Source of the DNA: an uncultured Sangeribacter sp.
GTDB taxonomy: Bacteria > Bacteroidota > Bacteroidia > Bacteroidales > Muribaculaceae
Assembly (NCBI GenBank): GCA_964393395.1
Contig: CAYMTQ010000003.1
Coordinates: 2,671-66,670 of the forward strand
Reading direction: 5' to 3'
Length of the DNA stretch: 64,000 bases
The notes beneath the pieces are model-generated. The model saw only the letters and a list, made by a program, of their open reading frames with translations, ran no database searches and was not told the DNA's origin. Made by a program: the position numbers and the translations under genes. Shown one piece after another: positions 37,321-48,200 of the stretch (positions are counted from its first letter, which is position 1; each line of letters begins with the position of its first letter).

Positions 37321-38904
37321 GTGTCTGAAGAACTGAATAAAGAAATTGCGCGCCGTCGCACATTCGCCATTATCTCCCACCCCGACGCAGGTAAGACAAC
37401 GCTGACAGAGAAACTGCTTCTTTTCGGAGGCGCAATTCATGTCGCGGGTGCCGTCAAGAGCAACAAGATCAAGAAGACTGCGACATCCGACTGGATGGAA
37501 ATAGAAAAGCAGAGAGGTATTTCGGTCGCCACCTCCGTGATGGGTTTCGAATATAACGGCTACAAGATCAATATCCTCGACACTCCCGGTCACCAGGATT
37601 TTGCTGAAGACACATTCAGAACCCTGACGGCTGTCGATTCGGTCATCATTGTTGTCGATGCCGCGAAAGGCGTGGAGGCTCAGACGCGTAAACTGATGGA
37701 AGTCTGCCGGATGAGGAAGACTCCGGTAATCATATTCGTCAACAAAATGGACCGTGAAGGACGTGACCCTTTCGACATTCTCGACGAACTTGAATCTGAA
37801 CTTCATATCGGAGTGCGCCCGCTTTCGTGGCCCATCAACATGGGTGCCAAATTCAAAGGTGTCTACAATATATATGAAAAGGGCCTTGACCTCTTCACAC
37901 CTTCCAAACAGACGGTCAGTGAACGTGTCGCGATTCCTGACATTACTTCTCCCTTGATCGACGAGGCAGTCGGTGAGACAGATGCGGCTAAATTACGCGA
38001 GGACATAGAACTGATTGAGGGGGTTTATCCTGAGTTTGACAAAGAGGCATATCTCGCCGGAGAGATCGCTCCGGTATTCTTCGGATCGGCTCTCAACACC
38101 TTCGGAGTCAAGGAACTTCTGGACTGTTTCGTCGAGATCGCTCCGGCGCCGCGTCCCATCATGGCCGAAGAGCGCCAGGTGCGTCCCGAAGAAGATGAAT
38201 TTTCCGGATTTGTCTTCAAGATTCATGCGAACATGGATCCGAACCACAGGTCGTGCATTGCATTCGTCAAGATCTGTTCAGGCAAGTTTGAACGAAACGT
38301 TAACTACCGTCATGTCCGCCACGACAAGATGATGCGTTTTGCAGCCCCGACAGCCTTCATGGCCCAGAAAAAGAACATTGTCGATGTCGCCTATCCGGGA
38401 GACATTGTCGGTATCCCCGACACCGGCAATTTCAAGATCGGCGATACGCTGACCGGAGGTGAACTTCTTCATTTCAAGGGGCTTCCCTCGTTCTCGCCGG
38501 AGATGTTCAAATATATCGAGAATGCGGATCCGATGAAGCAGAAACAGCTTGACAAAGGAGTCCGTCAGCTGATGGACGAGGGTGTCGCCCAGCTCTTCAC
38601 CAATCAGTTCAACGGCCGCAAAATCATCGGCACAGTAGGTCAGCTTCAGTTTGAGGTCATCCAGTACCGGCTCCTTCATGAATATGGAGCGCAATGCCGG
38701 TGGGAGCCGATCAGCCTTTACAAGGCATGCTGGATTGAAAGTGATGATGCCGAAGCGCTCGCGGCCTTCAAGAAACGAAAGCACCAGTTTATGGCAACGG
38801 ACAAGGAAGGACGTGATGTTTTTCTTGCCGATTCCAACTATGTGCTTCAGATGGCTCAGAACGACTTCCCCAAGATCCGCTTCCACTTCTCCAGCGAATT
38901 TTAA
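37321..38904 (+). CDS. prfC: Peptide chain release factor 3
   Basis: GTG start. [39 protein letters not shown]...DTPGHQDF...NKMDR (G1-G4 motifs), which aligns with the E. coli RF3 N-terminus. Confidence 0.96.
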   Translation: MSEELNKEIARRRTFAIISHPDAGKTTLTEKLLLFGGAIHVAGAVKSNKIKKTATSDWMEIEKQRGISVATSVMGFEYNGYKINILDTPGHQDFAEDTFRTLTAVDSVIIVVDAAKGVEAQTRKLMEVCRMRKTPVIIFVNKMDREGRDPFDILDELESELHIGVRPLSWPINMGAKFKGVYNIYEKGLDLFTPSKQTVSERVAIPDITSPLIDEAVGETDAAKLREDIELIEGVYPEFDKEAYLAGEIAPVFFGSALNTFGVKELLDCFVEIAPAPRPIMAEERQVRPEEDEFSGFVFKIHANMDPNHRSCIAFVKICSGKFERNVNYRHVRHDKMMRFAAPTAFMAQKKNIVDVAYPGDIVGIPDTGNFKIGDTLTGGELLHFKGLPSFSPEMFKYIENADPMKQKQLDKGVRQLMDEGVAQLFTNQFNGRKIIGTVGQLQFEVIQYRLLHEYGAQCRWEPISLYKACWIESDDAEALAAFKKRKHQFMATDKEGRDVFLADSNYVLQMAQNDFPKIRFHFSSEF

Positions 38905-38990
38905 ACCCTTTTCATAAAGGATTTTAACCCTTATTATATTCAGACCCTTATTATGTAAGGATTTCAGACCCTTTTATAATGAGGTTTCAG
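38903..38990. repeat. About four tandem copies of a ~24-nt hairpin-forming unit between convergent prfC and the Omp85 gene
   Basis: The units are AAACCCTTTTCATAAAGGATTTT, AACCCTTATTATATT (truncated), CAGACCCTTATTATGTAAGGATTT, CAGACCCTTTTATAATGAGGTTT and CAGAAGGGG... Each carries a short CCTTx...xAAGG inverted repeat. Confidence 0.8.
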
Positions 38991-41305
38991 AAGGGGTAGC
39001 CGATTGAGAAATGGAAGGCGTGGTCGCGATACCAGTCAGGATGGATCAGGGGCCACGGTTCCTCTCCACGGGCCGGATTCTTCGCTTTCATTCCGAGATC
39101 GAATCTCAAGAGGAAAAAGCTGAAGTCGAGGCGTATTCCGAGACCGTATGCTCCGGCAATCTGTTTGTAGAACTCATTGAACCTGAACCAGCCTCCCGGC
39201 TGGTTCTCGTAGTTATGTATAGTCCATATATTTCCGGCATCTATAAAGGCGCCGAGCTCGACTACCCAGAATAATTTGGCGCGGTATTCCGCGCTCAGGC
39301 AAAGCCGGATGTCGCCGCACTGATAAATGAAATCACTGACCGAATTGCGTCCGGGATAGGATCCCGGGCCCAAGGTACGGACTGACCAGCCCCTGACTCC
39401 ATTCGCTCCTCCTCCATAGAAACGTTTCTCAAACGGAAGGATGCTGGAATTGCCGTATGGAATTCCGAGCCCTCCGACCGCATGGAAAGCGACGGACTGG
39501 CGCGTGTCGAACTGATGAACGAAAGCATAGTCGACCTCAGTCCTGAAATATTGTGAATAGTGGATTCCGAAGACCTTGTATGGGCTCTGATGAAAATTGG
39601 AGCGATGATTGAAAATCGAACTGAGTGCGAAGAGCAGGTTGCCTGCGATTTCGGAATTTACACGCACCGTATATATGTAGGCCTGATGTGACTTGTCCCA
39701 CGGGTTTTCGCGGCGTTTGTTCGTGTGATAGAAGCTGTAGCCCATTCTCATGATGAAATGGTCCTCATAGCTGTATCGCAGGAGCGGATTGTCCGGGGCT
39801 ATATTGTCAATAAAAGTATTGGTCGACTTGGGAAGATAGACATAGTTTATATCTATCGGCGTGTAGGTGTGTCGGTTGCCCGTCGTACGTTCGTTCCATT
39901 TATAGGCCCATCCGGCCGTCGAGATTATGCGGGTGTATTCAGGCCGCTCCTGATAGTTTATCGAGACACCTAACTCAGATGAGGCGTTGATACGTCGTTT
40001 GAAACTCTCCCTTAGGAACGGGGCCTTGAATTTAGGAAATGTCACACCCAATTCTGCCGAAAGTTCAAGGTACCGGTGATTCAGAAGGCCGTCAAGATGT
40101 CCGTTGAGCGCTTCGTATGCGGCACGGCCCTTCGCGCTTAGGTTTTCCGATCCTTTCCCGACATTGCGGTGTGTATATCCGAGTCCGGCCGCGACTCCGA
40201 GGTCACCTTCTGAATTGGTTCCCTCGATTGAGACAGACAGGCTCTGGCTTTTTCCCGGAGTCAGGAGAATATAGCAATCCAGAAGCCCCGGAACCCGTGT
40301 CGGGAGGAAACGGATATTGATGAAGTTCAATATCGTAAGCCTTGAAAAAGCCTGATAGGTCCTGTCGACATCACTCTGGCTGTAGATACCGCCAGGGACG
40401 ATGAAACAGTTTTCTGCGATCACCGAAGGACGGAGATATGGCTTTCCGCTCGTGAATATGTCTATTCCGTGATATGATATGGAATCGAATTCAGAAAGGT
40501 TTGATATCCGGTCGGCCATGTCGGTCCTGTAATCGGTGACGACCCTGATCCGTGAGATCCGGAACTGAGTGAGGGCTGACGGCCTGTCGTTTCCGTTTTC
40601 AGCAACCTTCATCGTCAGGTCAGCGAAGCGGCTGCCGGCGATTGTGTCCGCATTAAAGGTTATCATATCTTTCACGAAGTCATAATAGCCTGCATTGCGC
40701 ATCGATGATGTGATCAGTTCCCTCTGGCTTTCGAGAATATTCCGGTCGAGCGGCGAACCGGGCCGGGCCGGGAAAAGAGCCGAATCGGCCATTATCACAC
40801 GCCTCACCTCACGGTCCGGAATGTCGTATGCGACCGAATCTATCATCATAGGCAAACCGGGGATCAGCCGGTATCTGACTTTCATCTTGCGCTTGCTCCT
40901 GTCAGCGAATGTGTCAGTCTTCACCTGCGCTTTCAGATAACCCTTATTGACGAGCGCACGCTGAAGCTGCTCCTCCGACAGTTCAGTCAATGCCGGGTCA
41001 TAAATGACGGGCGGCTCCCCGAGTTTCCGGATCCATTTGTTCCACCATTTCGTGGAGTCCTTTCCCGACATGTTGTAGACTCCGAGGCGGAGCCGCATGC
41101 TCCACAATATCTTGTGGTTTGGCTGCTGTCTGAGATAGGGAAGAAAGGCTTCCGGATTCAGATCCGGCTGGCCGGCAGTGGAGTCGAGCTCAATTGAAAC
41201 GCGGTCAAGAAGATACGATCCCTGAGCCACATGACGGCTTGCGCTGCACCCGGTGATGAGGGCGAGCACAATGAGAGATATGACTTTCAGAATCGTTTTC
41301 TTCAC
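38987..41305 (-). CDS. Omp85/BamA-TamA family outer-membrane protein, lipoprotein form (TamL-like)
   Basis: Lipobox VLALITGC|SAS, a POTRA-like N-terminal region, and a C-terminal Bac_surface_Ag beta-barrel (...GGGANGVRGW..., ending FHFSIGYPF). A lipidated TamA homologue (TamL) has been described for Bacteroidetes. Confidence 0.82.
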   Translation of the reverse strand: MKKTILKVISLIVLALITGCSASRHVAQGSYLLDRVSIELDSTAGQPDLNPEAFLPYLRQQPNHKILWSMRLRLGVYNMSGKDSTKWWNKWIRKLGEPPVIYDPALTELSEEQLQRALVNKGYLKAQVKTDTFADRSKRKMKVRYRLIPGLPMMIDSVAYDIPDREVRRVIMADSALFPARPGSPLDRNILESQRELITSSMRNAGYYDFVKDMITFNADTIAGSRFADLTMKVAENGNDRPSALTQFRISRIRVVTDYRTDMADRISNLSEFDSISYHGIDIFTSGKPYLRPSVIAENCFIVPGGIYSQSDVDRTYQAFSRLTILNFINIRFLPTRVPGLLDCYILLTPGKSQSLSVSIEGTNSEGDLGVAAGLGYTHRNVGKGSENLSAKGRAAYEALNGHLDGLLNHRYLELSAELGVTFPKFKAPFLRESFKRRINASSELGVSINYQERPEYTRIISTAGWAYKWNERTTGNRHTYTPIDINYVYLPKSTNTFIDNIAPDNPLLRYSYEDHFIMRMGYSFYHTNKRRENPWDKSHQAYIYTVRVNSEIAGNLLFALSSIFNHRSNFHQSPYKVFGIHYSQYFRTEVDYAFVHQFDTRQSVAFHAVGGLGIPYGNSSILPFEKRFYGGGANGVRGWSVRTLGPGSYPGRNSVSDFIYQCGDIRLCLSAEYRAKLFWVVELGAFIDAGNIWTIHNYENQPGGWFRFNEFYKQIAGAYGLGIRLDFSFFLLRFDLGMKAKNPARGEEPWPLIHPDWYRDHAFHFSIGYPF

Positions 41306-41325
41306 TTCAGGCTGATCCGGAAATG

Positions 41326-42078
41326 TTATCGCTTTTCGAGATGCACCCTTCCGAACATGACGGGCGTCCCCGAGGCGCTGTCACAAAGCAGGAATACATT
41401 GACCCCGTCGGGTTCTTCCCTGCGCTTGATCTGAACAGGTACCCCATATTTCCCTTCGTGCATAAAGGAGAGCTCAAGCCGGCGGACGCGGTTGGCATCC
41501 ATTGTTGAGAGAGAGAAGCTGTTGAGCATCAGACGCACGTATGAGACTGTGTTGACGTGCCTGTAAAAGTCTATGTCGCAATACCGGAAAGTGTAGGTTC
41601 TTTCGGGTTCTGCGGAACTGATGTCCGAACGATGCCGTGCCTGGCGTGCGATAGGGTTCACAAGACCTGTTCCGAGACATCCTTCGGGCAGTTCAAGATG
41701 AGATAGGCCGTAGTTCTCATGGGTGTCTGTTGTCATCACCATCCATATTGAACGGGCAAAACCCAGAATGTACCCCTCAGTATCCGAGATCCTGAAAGAA
41801 CGCTCCGAAAAATGGCGGTTCCACGCCTCGACCCAAGTTTCGATTCTGCATTCCTGATTGGCCCGGGGATAGCGTTCCATCTCAATCGAAAGGCGCGATA
41901 GAACCCATCCGGCGTTGATGCCTGCCTGTACCATTGTCGGGTTACCGATTCCGAGAGAATTGGCGTGGCGCGTCGCAATGTCAATCAGCGCTGACGTCAG
42001 CTGCGGCAGTCCGAGTTCTCCCTCTGCGTTGACATCTCCGGCAGAGATGAAGAAAGAGGAGCTGTAAATGGGTTCCAT
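41326..42078 (-). CDS. Acyl-ACP thioesterase
   Basis: A 250-aa double hot-dog protein. DVNAEGELGLPQLTSALIDIATRHANSLG...WVLSRLSIEMERYP...YCDIDFYRHVNTVSYVRLM is typical of the FatA/B-like bacterial family. Confidence 0.85.
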   Translation of the reverse strand: MEPIYSSSFFISAGDVNAEGELGLPQLTSALIDIATRHANSLGIGNPTMVQAGINAGWVLSRLSIEMERYPRANQECRIETWVEAWNRHFSERSFRISDTEGYILGFARSIWMVMTTDTHENYGLSHLELPEGCLGTGLVNPIARQARHRSDISSAEPERTYTFRYCDIDFYRHVNTVSYVRLMLNSFSLSTMDANRVRRLELSFMHEGKYGVPVQIKRREEPDGVNVFLLCDSASGTPVMFGRVHLEKR

Positions 42079-42107
42079 TGTCTGAGTTATTTCTATCGTT
42101 TAGATTG

Positions 42108-42115
42108 CAAAGTTA
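42108..42115 (-). promoter_or_regulatory. -7 promoter box TAACTTTG for the thioesterase/Omp85 unit
   Basis: The plus strand CAAAGTTA lies 29 nt upstream of the ATG at 42078. Confidence 0.4.
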
Positions 42116-42137
42116 AGAAAAGTTCGCCCAAAATGAC

Positions 42138-42145
42138 TAATTTTG
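42138..42145 (+). promoter_or_regulatory. -7 promoter box TAATTTTG upstream of ampG
   Basis: Exact TAnnTTTG match 67 nt upstream of the ATG at 42213. Confidence 0.45.
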
Positions 42146-42212
42146 CTGAGTCACTTCCGGAGAAATTGAAACTCACGTCGGGTGATATTGAAAGAAGATG
42201 ACATAAAAGAAG

Positions 42213-43568
42213 ATGACAAGTACTGATGTTAAGGAACAGGCTACGGCATTTAGGAAATCGCCTTGGCTCTGGATTCCGACACTATATATTGCCGAGGGAT
42301 TGCCCTATTTCGCCGTCAACACCCTCACAGTGCTGATGTTTTTCCGGATGGGAATAGGCAAGGCAGAGCTCGCATTCTACACAGGCTGGCTCTACCTCCC
42401 TTGGGTGATCAAGCCCTTCTGGAGCCCTTTTGTCGACATATTCCGCACCAAGAGATGGTGGACTGTCACAATGGAGTTCCTTATCGGTCTGACCATGGCC
42501 TCCGTTGCCTTCGTCCTCCCGTTCAGTTTCTTCTTCGCGGCCTCTCTCGCGGCCCTTTGGCTAATGGCTTTTTTCTCGGCTACACATGATATTGCGGCGG
42601 ATGGCTACTACATGCTTGAACTCGACCGCTCGGCACAGGCCGCTTATGTCGGAGTCCGATCGACATTCTATAGGCTCGCCTCAATTCTCGGTCAAGGGGT
42701 GATTGTCATGGTCGCAGGCTGGCTGGAAGAAAGGACCGGAGATATTCCAAAGGCATGGAGTATCACTTTCATGATACTCACTGTCGTGATGCTCGCCATC
42801 GCGCTCTACCATACCCGGATGATGCCCAAGGCGGCTGACGACCATCCTGTCGCCGGAAGAGGAGCAGGGGATATAGCTAAGGAATTCGCCGACACATTCG
42901 TCACATTTTTCAGAAAGCCTCATATATGGACGGCTTTAAGTTTCATTCTGCTCTATCGGCTTCCGGAGGCAATGTGCCTGAAGCTTGTTCAGCCGTTTCT
43001 CGTCGAGGCGAGAACAGGTGGCGGACTCGGGCTTTCAACAGCCAATGTCGGATTCGTGAACGGAACGGTGGGAGTCGCGGCGCTCCTTGCCGGTGGAATT
43101 GTCGGTGGCATCGCAATCGCACGCGGAGGCCTCAGACGATGGTTGTGGCCGATGGCTCTTGCGCTCGGTCTGCCATGTGTGCTTTATTGTTGGCTTGCCC
43201 TCGAACAGCCCGAATCGTTTGTGTCGGTCTGTCTGGCGATCGGAATAGAGCAGTTCGGCTACGGATTCGGATTTACAGCTTTCATGATGTACATGATGTA
43301 CTATTGTGACGGACCTCAGAGGACATCACATTATGCCTTCTGCACGGCCTTCATGGCTCTCGGAATGATGCTCCCCGGAATGGCTTCGGGCTGGTTGTTC
43401 GAAATAGTAGACAAGGCCCTGACGCCGACCGATCCCTGTTATTCCGGTATCCCTTTGGGATATGTCGGTTTCTTCGGAATCGTGATGGTCGCTTGTATCG
43501 CAACTTTCGCGGTGACCGGAATCGTCCGCAGAACACTCCCGAAACAAAAAGCAGGCTCTGAAAATTAA
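42213..43568 (+). CDS. ampG: MFS transporter, AmpG (muropeptide permease) family
   Basis: PWLWIPTLYIAEGLPYFAVNTLTVLMFFRMGIGKAELAFYTGWLYLPWVIKPFWSPFVD is the conserved AmpG N-terminal signature. About 12-14 TM helices. Confidence 0.85.
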   Translation: MTSTDVKEQATAFRKSPWLWIPTLYIAEGLPYFAVNTLTVLMFFRMGIGKAELAFYTGWLYLPWVIKPFWSPFVDIFRTKRWWTVTMEFLIGLTMASVAFVLPFSFFFAASLAALWLMAFFSATHDIAADGYYMLELDRSAQAAYVGVRSTFYRLASILGQGVIVMVAGWLEERTGDIPKAWSITFMILTVVMLAIALYHTRMMPKAADDHPVAGRGAGDIAKEFADTFVTFFRKPHIWTALSFILLYRLPEAMCLKLVQPFLVEARTGGGLGLSTANVGFVNGTVGVAALLAGGIVGGIAIARGGLRRWLWPMALALGLPCVLYCWLALEQPESFVSVCLAIGIEQFGYGFGFTAFMMYMMYYCDGPQRTSHYAFCTAFMALGMMLPGMASGWLFEIVDKALTPTDPCYSGIPLGYVGFFGIVMVACIATFAVTGIVRRTLPKQKAGSEN

Positions 43569-43589
43569 TTATTTAGAACTAAAATTATT

Positions 43590-44285
43590 ATGTCAGATAT
43601 TGAAACACTTGAAAAAGGAGCTGATCCGAAACCCCCGACGAAAAAAGGTCTTGTGATCTTCGATCTTGACGGAACGTTGCTCAACACAATTGCAGATCTT
43701 GGTGAGGCATGCAACTATGCGTTGAGGACGATGGGATATGCCGAGCATCCCATTGCAGCCTACAATTATATGGTCGGAAACGGAGTCCGGAAGTTGCTCG
43801 AAAGGGCAAATCCCGATGTCGATTCCGAAGGCGTGGATCATCTTCTTCATCATTTCCGGGAGTATTATGATGAACATTGCACAGACCACACTGTCCCATA
43901 TCCCGGAATTCCGGAATTGCTGAAGGAGCTCGCGGACAATGGAGTGGCCATTGCCGTCGCGACAAACAAATATCAGTCTGCTGCCGAAAAGATAATGCGC
44001 CATTTCTTTCCCCACACCGAGTTCGTTGCGATTCTCGGACAGACGGATGACAGACCGGCAAAACCGGATCCTTCGATTGATTTTCAGATCCTCCTCGAAC
44101 ATCCGACACCGAAAGCGCGCGTGCTGCATGTCGGTGACTCCGCTGTTGACATCGAGACAGCACGCCGTGCATGTGTTGAATCTGTCGGAGTCAGCTGGGG
44201 CTTCCGCCCCGTCAGCGAACTCCGCCGTGCATTTGCCGATCATGTCGTATCTTCTCCCTCTGAAATATTGAAATACGTGCTTTGA
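43590..44285 (+). CDS. HAD-superfamily phosphatase (phosphoglycolate phosphatase-like, subfamily IA)
   Basis: Motif I VIFDLDGTLLNT, motif II VATNK, motif IV HVGDSAVDIETA. Confidence 0.85.
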   Translation: MSDIETLEKGADPKPPTKKGLVIFDLDGTLLNTIADLGEACNYALRTMGYAEHPIAAYNYMVGNGVRKLLERANPDVDSEGVDHLLHHFREYYDEHCTDHTVPYPGIPELLKELADNGVAIAVATNKYQSAAEKIMRHFFPHTEFVAILGQTDDRPAKPDPSIDFQILLEHPTPKARVLHVGDSAVDIETARRACVESVGVSWGFRPVSELRRAFADHVVSSPSEILKYVL

Positions 44286-44296
44286 AATCAAACGAA

Positions 44297-45148
44297 ATGT
44301 CAGAAAGATATCAGGAATGTTCACCGGGTTTCAGCCTTACATATATATGGCATGATTGCTTCATTTTCAGGAGACCCGGAAATGGAGCGGTAATTTTTGA
44401 TTTCTGGAAAGATCCGCGCGAACCGGACTGGAAGTGTCCATCGTGGATAAAGGAGCTGAAGGCAACTGGCGAACCGGTGTTGATTCTTGTCAGCCATCAT
44501 CACAAAGATCATTTCGTCAGGGAGATTTTCGAGTGGGCTGCGGATTGGCCTCAGGTGCATTACATACTCAGCAATGACACGGCCCGGGCCGTGCGTCACC
44601 AGCTGAGCCCCGGTTCGTTGTGGCGCGGAACACGCCTCAGAGAGGATCAATATACCGTCCTCAAACGCGGTGAAAGCACCGATATTGCCGGATTCACGGT
44701 CCATGCTTTCGGCTCGACCGACATCGGGAACTCATACGTTGTCGAGGTCGGCGGATTGAAGGTTTTCCACGCGGGAGATTTGAATGCCTGGATCTGGAAA
44801 GATGAATCAACTGAAGCAGAAGTAAGAAAGGCATTGGGTGATTACAGGGCAATATTGAAAGATATCTCTTCCGCTTATCCTGAACTTGACATCGCGATGA
44901 TGCCGGTAGATTCAAGAATAGGAACTGACTATTGGACAGGTGCCTACGAGCTCGTCAGAGCAATTGATATCCGTTATTTCTTCCCGATGCATTTCGGACT
45001 CGGCGAGCCGGAGGAGCAACGACGGCGTGAAGCGGATGCGATCCGTTTCAACCTCTTTTCCAATCCTGAACGTGGCGACTACATAGCCTTGACAACTCCC
45101 GGCGCATCCTTCATCCACAATTGTGAAAAAATTGTAAAATTTGGTTGA
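44297..45148 (+). CDS. MBL-fold metallo-hydrolase
   Basis: LVSHHHKDHF (HxHxDH) with downstream HAGD and H residues. The first ATG is at 44297; the track TTG at 44282 would overlap the HAD stop. Confidence 0.8.
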   Translation: MSERYQECSPGFSLTYIWHDCFIFRRPGNGAVIFDFWKDPREPDWKCPSWIKELKATGEPVLILVSHHHKDHFVREIFEWAADWPQVHYILSNDTARAVRHQLSPGSLWRGTRLREDQYTVLKRGESTDIAGFTVHAFGSTDIGNSYVVEVGGLKVFHAGDLNAWIWKDESTEAEVRKALGDYRAILKDISSAYPELDIAMMPVDSRIGTDYWTGAYELVRAIDIRYFFPMHFGLGEPEEQRRREADAIRFNLFSNPERGDYIALTTPGASFIHNCEKIVKFG

Positions 45149-45175
45149 GGATTCGGTCGGGGAGCCCATTTTCAG

Positions 45176-45183
45176 TATTTTTG
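45176..45183 (+). promoter_or_regulatory. -7 promoter box TATTTTTG upstream of the 1127-aa gene
   Basis: Exact TAnnTTTG match 22 nt upstream of the ATG at 45206. Confidence 0.45.
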
Positions 45184-45205
45184 CAATCCAACCGAAAAAG
45201 AGCTC

Positions 45206-48200
45206 ATGAACCGAAAGACCGTCATCATAATCCTCCTCTCCTTCATAATCGGAATCTGTGCCGACCTCGCCGGTGTGCCGGAGATGGCTGCCATGGCCGG
45301 CGTTGAATATGCCGAAGCAGCGGCCAAAAAGTCCCGCAAAAAGAAATCCGGGACCTCTGCCGGAAAGTCTTCGTCCCGCAAAAAGAAAGGGAGCACCCGG
45401 AGAAAGAAAGGTTCGGGAAAGAAAAAATCCACAAACCGGAAAAAGAAAAAGAAGGCTGTGGTCAGAAAGGCTCCGGCACCTCAGCCGGAACAGCCTCAGA
45501 ATGATTCGCTGACCCTGCGGGTGAATGCACATGTCCTCTCCACAATTCCCGAAAAACTCAATCCGGGAGGTCTGCGTGTGAACAGCGTGCGCCCGGACAC
45601 CAAAAACCGCACAGCCCGGATCGGATTGAACGAGAACTTCACATATCTCCCCGTGACCCGCGAACTGATCAGTGAGCTAACGAAGGAGGTCAAGAACGCG
45701 TTGCCGGATTCTCTTGACGGATATGGAATAGATCTGAGAGTCGGCAGCAAGAATCTGGCATATTACATTACCAAGGTTGACAAACTTCCGGCTGAGAGAA
45801 GAAAGAATCCGGCTTTCGTCACCGAGAGGGCAGCCCCATGGATACCAAAGAAGGGCATGGCGGGTGATGTCGTAGCTCTCTGGCACAGCCACGGACGATA
45901 TTATAAGAACGGAGCATGGTATTGGCAGCGACCTTTACTGTTTACGACAGCAGAAGATCTGTTCCCGACATCCTTCATCTTGAATTATGCCGTCCCAATG
46001 ATGGAGAATGCGGGAGCGTATGTCATGCTTCCGCGCGAAAGAGATTTGAACTCATCCGAGGTCATCGTCGATAACGACACAAACCCGGATGGCGCGATTT
46101 ATTCCCAGACCACCTACAGGGAGCAGAACGGAACTCAGAAATGGGTGACCGGCGAGCTCGAAGGTTTTATTTATGATCTTCCCGATTTCCGCGATACTGA
46201 GAATCCGTTTGAAAACGGCACATACCGCCAGACTCGGACTGTCGCCGGTGGCTCGCCAAGTGTTGCGGCATGGTATGCCGACATTCCGAAAGATGGCGAA
46301 TATGCCGTCTATGTCAGCTATAAATCGCTCCCCGAGTCAACTAAAGATGCCCGTTATACAGTCAATTATTCCGGCGGCTCAAGAGAATTCAGCGTCAACC
46401 AGACTATGGGTGGCGGAACATGGATCTATCTCGGTACGTTCCCTCTCGAAGCTGGTTACAGCGACTCGGAGCCTGTCGTCACGCTGACCAATGTCTCTTC
46501 CGACTCCGGAAAGGTTGTGACTGCCGATGCAGTGAAGATAGGCGGAGGAATGGGTAACATCGCCCGCTCCCCGAAGCGGTCAGACATCCTGTATGACCCA
46601 TCTACCCCCGAGGCAACAACTTCTTCCGTTTCAAAAGGTTCAAAGACAAAAATTCAGTCTGAAAATGACGAAGAGGAAGAGGAAGACGAAGAGGGAGATG
46701 ATGAGGAAGACGATGATGATGAAGGTGACGACGAGGATGATGAATCCGGGGATGAGGAAACCGACGCTGAAACTGCCGTACCTCAGCCTGTGGCTAAAGG
46801 ACCGGCCCCGACCTTCAAGGTATCCGGTATGCCCCGGTTTGCAGAGGGTGCGAGATACTGGCTCCACTGGGCCGGATTCCCCGAAAGGGTTTACTCTCCC
46901 TATCACGGAAGTGATGACTATAAGGATGACTACACCTCGCGAGGACATTGGGTGAATTATCTCGCAGGCGGCTCCGCTGTGCTCCCTGATTACCGCGGCC
47001 TCCGGATTCCGGTTGATGCCGCGATGGCCCTGCATACCGATGCGGGAAAACGTGCGGACGATTCTATCGTCGGGACACTCGGTATTTATTATACCAATGG
47101 CGGAGACAGCTATGAGGACGGCACCCCGAGAATCAATTCGCGTATGCTGACCGACATGCTGATGCGTCAGATCACAGGCGACATCCGCCAGACGTGGGAA
47201 CCTCAATGGACGCGCCGTTCGATGTGGGACAAATCATACGTTGAGGCCAGGGTTCCCGAAGTGCCGACCGCTCTCATCGAACTCATGAGTCATCAGAACT
47301 TCGGTGACATGATGTATGGTCTTGACCCTGCTTTTCAGTTTACTGTCGGGCGCTCGGTCTATAAGGCCATGGCACGTTTCATTTCCGAGCGTAAAGATCG
47401 CGAAGTCGTGATACAGCCTTTGCCGGTGAAGGATTTCGCAATTTCGCGGACGAAAAAGAACCATTTCCGGTTGACATGGAAGCCGGTCGAGGATCCTCTT
47501 GAACCGACAGCGGCACCTTCCCATTATCTGATTTATGAACGGAGTGGCGATGAGCTGGGATTCCATTTCCTCGGACAGACAAAGAAAGAGCATTATGACA
47601 TTGTCGTTCCCGATGATGAGGTTCATTCCTTCCGTGTGGTTGCCGTCAATGAAGGCGGAGTATCCTTTCCCTCCGAGACTCTCGCTTTGCGCGAAGTTCC
47701 CGGAAATGAAAAGCCTGTACTCATTGTGAACGGATTCGACAGAGTCTCGGGTCCCGAGGCTTTCAAAGATGGAGACAGAGCCGGATTCAGTTCGCAGACC
47801 GATTTCGGCGTGCCATATATCAAGGATGTACTTTTCACCGGCTATCAGAACGAGTTCCGCAGATCTTCGGGCGATTCTTTCGGTAAGAGCGGTGACAGCT
47901 ATGCTCCGAAAATCATTGCCGGCAATACGTTCGACTACCCGTATGTCCACGGAACAGCGATTGCAGCGGCCGGCAAAGGTTTTGTTTCCGCGTCGCTCGG
48001 AGCTGTCGAATCGGGACATGTGGATTTTTCGGACTATAAAACCGTCGACCTGATTCTCGGCAAGCAGAAAGCGACCGTCACGGGACGCGGAACAAGCGGG
48101 GTACGCTCGGTCTTGTATCCCGAAAAATTAAGGAAGGAACTCAAAAGCTTCCTTAAGGGGGGAGGACGTCTGATTGTCAGCGGTCAGTATGTCACAGGTG

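Noticed and set aside
36435-37370. A 311-aa minus-strand ORF that almost exactly mirrors rfbD.
   Set aside because: It lies fully antisense to a gene with unambiguous rfbD motifs. Its translation has no recognisable motifs, no start context and no promoter box. Long antisense open frames are an expected by-product of the codon bias of the sense gene.
43593-44324. A 243-aa antisense ORF covering the HAD phosphatase gene. A related case is 17257-18060 (267 aa), which spans the thrS 3' end and the infC 5' end.
   Set aside because: Both are shadow ORFs opposite well-supported genes. The second would have to run across an intergenic hairpin and two different genes, which is not plausible for a real gene.
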